Positions 58,225 to 64,000 of a stretch of 64,000 nucleotides of DNA are shown here, in pieces. Position numbers and translations under genes: made by a program. Each line of letters opens with the position of its first letter. Positions within the stretch are counted from its first letter, which is position 1. The notes under the pieces were generated by a model. The model saw only the letters and a list, made by a program, of their open reading frames with translations, ran no database searches and was not told the DNA's origin. The DNA comes from a virus: IMG/VR virus record IMGVR_UViG_3300029922_000029, positions 32,001-96,000 of that record. One strand, written 5' to 3'.

Positions 58225-59055
58225 ATGAAGATGTTCAAAATGGTTTCTGTTCTTGCTCTGTCTGGGATTGCGTCTGCTTGCTCGAGTCCAGATACCGCCC
58301 AGACTACTTCTCTCATCACGCATGGCGCAGCTGCTTCAATTCCAACCTCGGGGTGCTCAGTCACTCAGTCGGGTGGAACTGCAGTGATTACTTGCGCTGA
58401 TGGGACGACGGCGTCGATTAACAACGGGAGCGCTGGAGCCGCTGGTTCCAGTGGTGCCGTTGGCAATCCAGGTGCAACTGGGCCCGCTGGTGCAGCTGGC
58501 GGAGTCGGAGCACAGGGCGCAGCTGGTGTTACAGGTCCCACGGGAGCTCAAGGCTTAGCGGGAAAGTTCCATGCGGTGTCGAATACAGGCGTAACGATCG
58601 GAGATGAGTTCATCCAGCAGTACAACGATGGCTCAAGCATGGGTGCGACACTTGTGCACTATGATCTCGGAGATGTCTACACCTACTACGATGGCGGCAG
58701 TCTGGGTGGAGTGGAGTACATGTACTTCGCTGGCACCGGCTGCACAGGCCAGGCTTATGTTGCAGTGACTCCGGGGGCGACTAATGGGATTCCTATTGCT
58801 ATGGGTAATCTCTACTTCCGTCAGTACACCTCCAACAACATGAGTACTGTCCAGCTCTATAAAACCGTTGTGACGTCCTTTGTAGAACCCTTTGCCTATC
58901 AAAGCAAATCGATCTACGGCCCCACTCTGGATTGTATCAATACGGGTACCCTCACGGATACTTTTCTGATGCAGGCGGCAGCGGAGTCTGGCTTCAACGG
59001 CAATGCTGCAGTGCTGTGGAGTGCATCGCTCCCCATCAGCCTGAGTATCCAGTAA
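58225..59055 (+). CDS. lipoprotein with collagen-like Gly-X-Y repeat
   Basis: Lipobox IASAC; about 15 G-X-Y triplets; flanked by RBS and terminator. Confidence 0.8.
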   Translation: MKMFKMVSVLALSGIASACSSPDTAQTTSLITHGAAASIPTSGCSVTQSGGTAVITCADGTTASINNGSAGAAGSSGAVGNPGATGPAGAAGGVGAQGAAGVTGPTGAQGLAGKFHAVSNTGVTIGDEFIQQYNDGSSMGATLVHYDLGDVYTYYDGGSLGGVEYMYFAGTGCTGQAYVAVTPGATNGIPIAMGNLYFRQYTSNNMSTVQLYKTVVTSFVEPFAYQSKSIYGPTLDCINTGTLTDTFLMQAAAESGFNGNAAVLWSASLPISLSIQ

Positions 59056-59061
59056 TCAATC

Positions 59062-59100
59062 ATTCTCCCCGGGTGCCGCTGGTGCCCGGGGAGAATTTTT
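59062..59100 (+). terminator. intrinsic terminator
   Basis: ATTCTCCCCGGG...CCCGGGGAGAATTTTT. Confidence 0.8.
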
Positions 59101-59144
59101 AGCTCCCTCTTGACTTGGTCCTAGCTCAATGAGAATGTGCGCCA

Positions 59145-59690
59145 ATGCCTACCTCACATCCTTCCCTCATCTCTCCCGTCGCTCAGAAGATCCTGGCTCT
59201 CCAACCCAAGACAGTCCTTGATCTGGGGGTTGGTTTCGGGAAGTGGGGCGCGATGGCACGAGAGTACACGGACATTTGGAGCTGGCGGTTCTACCCGGCT
59301 GAATACCAAACGGTGATCCACGGCGTCGAGGCGCATGAGAAGTATGAAAGCGCCAACTGGGGCCACTACCAGAAGATATTCCTCGGGAAGATTCAAGAAG
59401 TACTCCCGACTCTCGGCGGATACGACCTCATCACGTTCCTAGAGGTTCTCGAACATTTCGAGAAGCGAGAGGGGATCGCGGTACTCGAGGAGTGCCTGCG
59501 ACACACGGATCGACTCCTTGTGAGCTTCACCAACACCCACCAGCACGACGTCAGGGACAACAAGCTCGAGGATCACCTCTCGACCTGGGAGCTCCGAGAC
59601 TTCACGCGCCTGTCTGTTGAACATGTCGAAGTCCTTCACCAGACGCCTGAAGGCGGCCTTCTTTATCTGTCTCGTACGCTAGCAAAATAG
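59145..59690 (+). CDS. class I SAM-dependent methyltransferase
   Basis: VLDLGVGFGKWG, IHGVE, YDLI.F.EVLEHF. Confidence 0.85.
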   Translation: MPTSHPSLISPVAQKILALQPKTVLDLGVGFGKWGAMAREYTDIWSWRFYPAEYQTVIHGVEAHEKYESANWGHYQKIFLGKIQEVLPTLGGYDLITFLEVLEHFEKREGIAVLEECLRHTDRLLVSFTNTHQHDVRDNKLEDHLSTWELRDFTRLSVEHVEVLHQTPEGGLLYLSRTLAK

Positions 59691-59705
59691 CCATCGAGCA
59701 GCCTG

Positions 59706-59733
59706 GCAAAATAATACACAATAGCGGTATAAG
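59706..59733 (+). promoter_or_regulatory. bipartite phage promoter-like motif copy 8 (GCAA-N16-GGTATAAG)
   Basis: Intergenic, same spacing. Confidence 0.75.
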
Positions 59734-59904
59734 TTCCTTGGCAATGGAAGCAATTTCATTGTGAGTCATCGTAGTGGTAGATGATTCGGGTCAGACCCAT
59801 AGCCAAGAGGGCCGTGCATCTGAGGCCCAAGAATAATGCAGCCGGGAATCTACGATTGCTTAGGGCGTGAGAAACCTTAAATGACAATCGCGATTTTCAA
59901 GGAG

Positions 59905-60564
59905 AATGTGTGTATGGGTTCTATGCGAGAACAGGGGTTCATGGGGGAAGCGTTGCATCAGATTCGGCACAGTGGTGAGCTGGATGTGATTCATCAGAAA
60001 AGCATTAAACAAGTGGAAGCAGCTTATGCACCCGGCATTAGCCAGGTGTCGACGCTGTTCCTGCTACCAGACAATACGATCGTGGATGATCTGGAAACTC
60101 TTTGCGAGGTCGAGTGCATCATCAGGACTCACCAAACCAAAGAGCCGGCATGGATCGACGCCCCTCACTGGAGGGGCTATGAGCTCGGCTCGATCAAGGC
60201 GCGCTGGAGGGATTACCATCTCCTGAATCGTTCCCGTTATCGTTCCTCGTTCAATACGGACGCGGGCGATGTCAGACCAGACGAGCTCGAGGCGATGGCG
60301 ACACTGGTACAGAGTGACTCGGGGCTTTTGGCGCTGAAGAAGCTCCAACTCTGGATCCGACAGGGCGAGATGAACGCGCCCTCCTATCTGGGGCCATTGC
60401 CGAATACAGAGCCCGTGAAACGGTTCTTGAGGAGGCTCTACCCGCTGGACAAGTTCATGACGCCTGAGCGTATGACGGCTATCCAGCATCAAGAGGCGGC
60501 TCGTCTCAAGTGGTGTTCGCTCGGAGTGAATACTGCGTTCTGGTATCTGGGAAACCAGAGATGA
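59905..60564 (+). CDS. hypothetical protein
   Basis: AAGGAG RBS near 59899; exact start uncertain. Confidence 0.65.
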   Translation, partial: NVCMGSMREQGFMGEALHQIRHSGELDVIHQKSIKQVEAAYAPGISQVSTLFLLPDNTIVDDLETLCEVECIIRTHQTKEPAWIDAPHWRGYELGSIKARWRDYHLLNRSRYRSSFNTDAGDVRPDELEAMATLVQSDSGLLALKKLQLWIRQGEMNAPSYLGPLPNTEPVKRFLRRLYPLDKFMTPERMTAIQHQEAARLKWCSLGVNTAFWYLGNQR

Positions 60565-60854
60565 GAGCAATGAGAATACCGGCAGTCGCTCATGGCTGTA
60601 AGGTACCCGCTGACCTCAAAGGAGCAATTGAAGACACGATCGTGCTGTGTCCGTACTGCGGGACAGAGCGAAGTGAAGTATTTGAAATGTGCTGCAATGA
60701 GGTTCACTTGGAGCGTCACAACATCCGATCCTATGTGTGCGGATGCGTGGAGTTCTACAGTCTCCTCACTGGAAAAACGTATCCTGAGGCTTGTGAAGAG
60801 ACTCAGGTTCAGTTGCACTGAAGTAACAACTGAGTAGTAGTTGAAGTAACAACC

Positions 60855-60895
60855 AAGGCCCCGCTCTCCGTGGTGGAGGGTGGGGCCTTTTTTAT
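60855..60895 (+). terminator. intrinsic terminator
   Basis: AAGGCCCCGCTCTCC...GGAGGGTGGGGCCTTTTTT. Confidence 0.75.
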
Positions 60896-60909
60896 TGGGA
60901 GGAAATATT

Positions 60910-61443
60910 ATGTTGACAAATGAATCTGATTTTAAAGAAGTTTTTACTAAGTATTTTGGCACGCATTTTTCTCTTTCCCAAACCAGAAAAGCTATATTTA
61001 AAGACTTGCGTCGCATCGAAGAGGAAAAGAAAGTTGGTATTTTTGGTGATACTACCGCAAGACTAGGAATGACCGTAGAAGCTTTCGCCAAAGATGAAAA
61101 ATTACCTGTGCGTGCTCAGAATGCACTTTCGAATCTTGGGTGTGAATATGTCTGCCAGATTGTAGTTTTCACTAGAGATGAGGCGAAGAACTCCTGTCGA
61201 AATCTTGGTAACAAGTCTTTGGATGTTATTGAGGCTGGCCTTCGGAAAAATAACCTCTTCTTTGGCATGGATCTGTTTGCATACACACCTCCAGAGGGTG
61301 TGTGTATTGAGAAGATTAAAAATGGGGAGAACAGCTTCACTATAAAAGGCAGCCATGAGCGGTCGGTAGAACGGTATCGTAAAACGAGAGAGAATGCGAC
61401 CTTGAGGAGGATCCATGAAGCTCAGTCAAATCATACTGCCTGA
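60910..61443 (+). CDS. RNA polymerase alpha-CTD domain protein
   Basis: LPVRAQNAL...GC.YV.QIV..T..E.....RNLGNKSL..I...L....L.FGM. Confidence 0.8.
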   Translation: MLTNESDFKEVFTKYFGTHFSLSQTRKAIFKDLRRIEEEKKVGIFGDTTARLGMTVEAFAKDEKLPVRAQNALSNLGCEYVCQIVVFTRDEAKNSCRNLGNKSLDVIEAGLRKNNLFFGMDLFAYTPPEGVCIEKIKNGENSFTIKGSHERSVERYRKTRENATLRRIHEAQSNHTA

Positions 61444-62434
61444 GATTATCCTGGGACGCCGCGGTCACCCGAAAGTGATCGAGTTCTACAGGCAACAGAT
61501 GAATGCTTGTAAACTTCAGGCCGATAAAGACGGGATCATGCGGTGGTGCGCCCCCGCAGGCATCACGATGTACGGTGATGACAATAATGACATCACCGCC
61601 AATCACATGATTGTGTGCCGATTTTTTCGGGACGGGAATGGGGAATCCTACTATATTCCTAAGGCTTTCGCACAGGCCCTATCTCGTGTCGATCGGGAAA
61701 TTCCAATCGATATCCTCTCTACCGGAAAACGTGAAGTCGTTCATCTGCAGTTCGCTTCTGGCGCGCTCAAAGATGATACTGGCCCCATCAGCGGCGCAAT
61801 TGTCGTCATTGATACGATTGACGGATTGGGCTACCGGAATAAAACGGGGTCAGACGACAATGATCTCGCTCTCTCGCTTTCTTACTATGGGATTGATGAA
61901 GATCATCCGGAGATGGGGCCAACGGTCGTGACCAAGCTCTCTTGTCCACTCTCTCGGAGCAAGGTGGCCGGGATCACAAATGCGATTGACGAGCTGAATC
62001 TTGAGGGGCACCGGGATCCAGAGGAACGTCGTGCATCAAGGCTGCCCGTTTATAGAGCGATCATCAATGCTCTCATCTATCTGCGGAGCGCGGATCCAGA
62101 AATCATGAAACTTCGTCCACTCGCTGAGTTGACGAACAAGAAGCGTGTCGAAGAGAAGCACCGAGTCCCCGTTCACAACGAGCTCACGGTGCCTATCAGT
62201 GTCTTGAACTGGGGATACCACGAGGGCAACAGTTACTCTGTTGATTCATCGTTCGTGCAAACCCATATGCGGTGGCAACGGTGTGGTCCGGGGCTGTCGC
62301 AAGTGAAGCTGGTGTGGGTGCGTGAGCACGAGCGCCGTTACAAAAAGGGGGAAGAAAATGGACTTAGCAGAGACGTACAGAGCAGCAGTAGCGATGGAGC
62401 CGATTCAGTTGGACCAGTGGAAGCCGGGGGATGA
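61415..62434 (+). CDS. conserved phage hypothetical protein
   Basis: C-terminal V.THMRWQRCGPG...KLVWVREH.R motif. Confidence 0.7.
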   Translation: MKLSQIILPEIILGRRGHPKVIEFYRQQMNACKLQADKDGIMRWCAPAGITMYGDDNNDITANHMIVCRFFRDGNGESYYIPKAFAQALSRVDREIPIDILSTGKREVVHLQFASGALKDDTGPISGAIVVIDTIDGLGYRNKTGSDDNDLALSLSYYGIDEDHPEMGPTVVTKLSCPLSRSKVAGITNAIDELNLEGHRDPEERRASRLPVYRAIINALIYLRSADPEIMKLRPLAELTNKKRVEEKHRVPVHNELTVPISVLNWGYHEGNSYSVDSSFVQTHMRWQRCGPGLSQVKLVWVREHERRYKKGEENGLSRDVQSSSSDGADSVGPVEAGG

Positions 62435-63010
62435 ATGCTTGGTTCCCACTCCCGGGGATCCGTCTACGGCGTTCGAAGGCCGGATCTATAAACTCTATCG
62501 GGATCAGGGCATAGCGGTAGTTCGATGTCCGGGATCCGTGGAGCTCAGGGTCAAAATTTCTGAACTGCTTCCGCGGAAGGCGGCTGGCTAATGGAAAAGA
62601 AACTCAGCTTTTCGATTCAATGCCGGTCATTCGACGTAGCCCTTCATGAAGCTACCCAAAAGGCAGCCGACTGGATGAGCGATCGGGATGAGGTCGAGCG
62701 GAAGCCTTTGGAGCTCCGGCATTCGGGGACACAAGTGAACATCGATACGTTCCGCAGAGGGAACGATGTGACGCTTCATCATTTTGAGATCTATGAGTAA
62801 AAAACTTCATGCGTTTGGCGTTAGAGCTGAGAGTATGGTGTTTGCTTTTGATATCGCCAGGCAACGCCTTCGTAAATGGGTGAACAAACAGCACACGGTG
62901 CCCGAGTTCCTGGTGCTCCGCTTAGTTGGAATGGAGCAGACGTTCGACTGTAAGCGAGTAGACTGGCTTACGCCGCTCTATCGGTTTGAGGTCCATGAAG
63001 AAGAATAATT

Positions 63011-63049
63011 GAAACCGCATGGCTCCGATGGGGCTGTGCGGTTTTCTTT
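63011..63049. terminator. terminator between convergent genes
   Basis: GAAACCGCATGGCTCC-GAT-GGGGCTGTGCGGTTTTC. Confidence 0.7.
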
Positions 63050-64000
63050 AGCCAGGCTCCCCATAGTAGCGTCTGGCTGCCTCACGGCAGAACAGAATCG
63101 AGTGTGCTGCATCATCCGGCTCGCTGGGTTTATGATCGTACTTAAGGCCGGAACGCCCCGCTCCGCCGCCGTACTCGGCGTGGATCGCGAGCACATCCTT
63201 GAGGAAGGGTTGTGACTGCTCCCATCGCGGAAAGATGTAGCGGCCCATCTTCATGTCATCAAACATATCAGTCATGACTTCCGTCCGGTTCAGTTGAACT
63301 TTGTGGCCGATCTCATCATATTTACTGCGTTCACGTTGACTACAGTGTTGGAACTTGATCAGACGATCCGCACCGAAGACTTCTTCGATTGTGTCGTTTA
63401 CACCAAACCCAAAGCCAAAGTCAGCACCGATCAGCTTTACACCGAAGGCAGTGCAGACGCTCAAAATATCTCTTACACAATTTCTAGGTAAAGCATTGTC
63501 TCCGGTGTATCTACGCTGAAAAAGAATCTGAAACTTCCCAGGAGTAATCATCGCACCAAGCGTGAGTATGGTGTAAGAAGCTATTTTCAGCTTCCCCGTC
63601 AACCCTCTCTCACTCCCGTCCTGTCCTGATCCCCAGTCAATCCCGCCTATAATAGTCAAGCTATTTGTGTGGGCCGTAGGGTGGGTAAAGTAACTCAGGT
63701 TGGGAGCACAAATCCTCTGTAATTCCCCTTGTGTAATTGGCATTGAAGCCGAATCGTGGGGAAGCGCGAGCACTTCGTTTTTGAAGCTAGCGGTAGAATA
63801 AGTACGCTGTTTAAAGAGCAGATCACTCCACTTGGATGCGCTCTGCTGCCAGGGCACCATGAGAGCGCAGACACGGAAGCCCAGCACATCTTTCGTGTCA
63901 CTAAAACTAAACCATTTTCCGTTTGCAGGGTTGATAGGCTTCTGGCACTTATTGCAAATGACCCCCAGTGGTCCGATGCACCGCTCGTCCATATAGTTGT
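63048..64000 (-). CDS. terL: terminase large subunit, C-terminal nuclease part (GpA-like; 5' end outside window)
   Basis: C.KC...GKW, GF.V..L..PW, F.NEVL.LP, GIDWG, I.ADFG.G, PDD..HS. Confidence 0.85.
   Translation of the reverse strand, partial: NYMDERCIGPLGVICNKCQKPINPANGKWFSFSDTKDVLGFRVCALMVPWQQSASKWSDLLFKQRTYSTASFKNEVLALPHDSASMPITQGELQRICAPNLSYFTHPTAHTNSLTIIGGIDWGSGQDGSERGLTGKLKIASYTILTLGAMITPGKFQILFQRRYTGDNALPRNCVRDILSVCTAFGVKLIGADFGFGFGVNDTIEEVFGADRLIKFQHCSQRERSKYDEIGHKVQLNRTEVMTDMFDDMKMGRYIFPRWEQSQPFLKDVLAIHAEYGGGAGRSGLKYDHKPSEPDDAAHSILFCREAARRYYGEPG

Noticed and set aside
63009-63215. Small + strand ORF at the right end
   Set aside because: It spans the terminator and is antisense to the terminase.
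1-64000. Stop-codon reassignment, or introns/inteins
   Set aside because: Genes are intact and densely packed in the standard code with all three stops used. The HNH genes lie between genes rather than inside them, and no intein motifs were seen.

Overview
A 64 kb piece of a large tailed dsDNA phage, most likely a myovirus, with GC content somewhat above 50%. Host-like domains (a Fis-type HTH, an RNAP alpha-CTD, secreted proteins and lipoproteins) loosely suggest a Gram-negative host, possibly Bdellovibrionota or Myxococcota; this is inference only. Layout: (1) 1-30.76 kb, + strand: DNA metabolism and recombination genes (DEDDh exonuclease, Gp3-like protein, Cas4-like nuclease, RecU-like resolvase), dozens of small accessory ORFs including candidate anti-defence proteins, and an atypical tRNA-Asn. 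(2) 30.8-51.3 kb, mostly - strand: virion morphogenesis (prohead protease, scaffold/internal proteins, decoration protein, major capsid, neck, sheath, tube), interrupted by two HNH endonucleases and small morons. (3) 51.35-63.0 kb, + strand: a glycosyltransferase, a divergent family-A polymerase and a repeat-bounded array of small genes. (4) The 3' end of a terminase large subunit on the - strand. The most striking observation is that eight otherwise unrelated proteins begin with the same short N-terminal tag, F-[ST]-x-G-[LI]-x-K-x-[AS] (seven full matches, one variant). The tag ends in the K-x-A motif that recurs through the head proteins, and one tagged protein has a protein-kinase-like fold. 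This points to a capsid-targeting and protease-maturation system for injected cargo. Also notable: a fixed-spacing bipartite promoter-like motif in 8 copies, an Apyc1-like protein lacking its metal ligands, three Tad2/DUF2829-like domains, and a copy of the prohead-protease Cys/His motif inside an accessory gene. All family assignments come from motif recognition by eye; no database searches were run.
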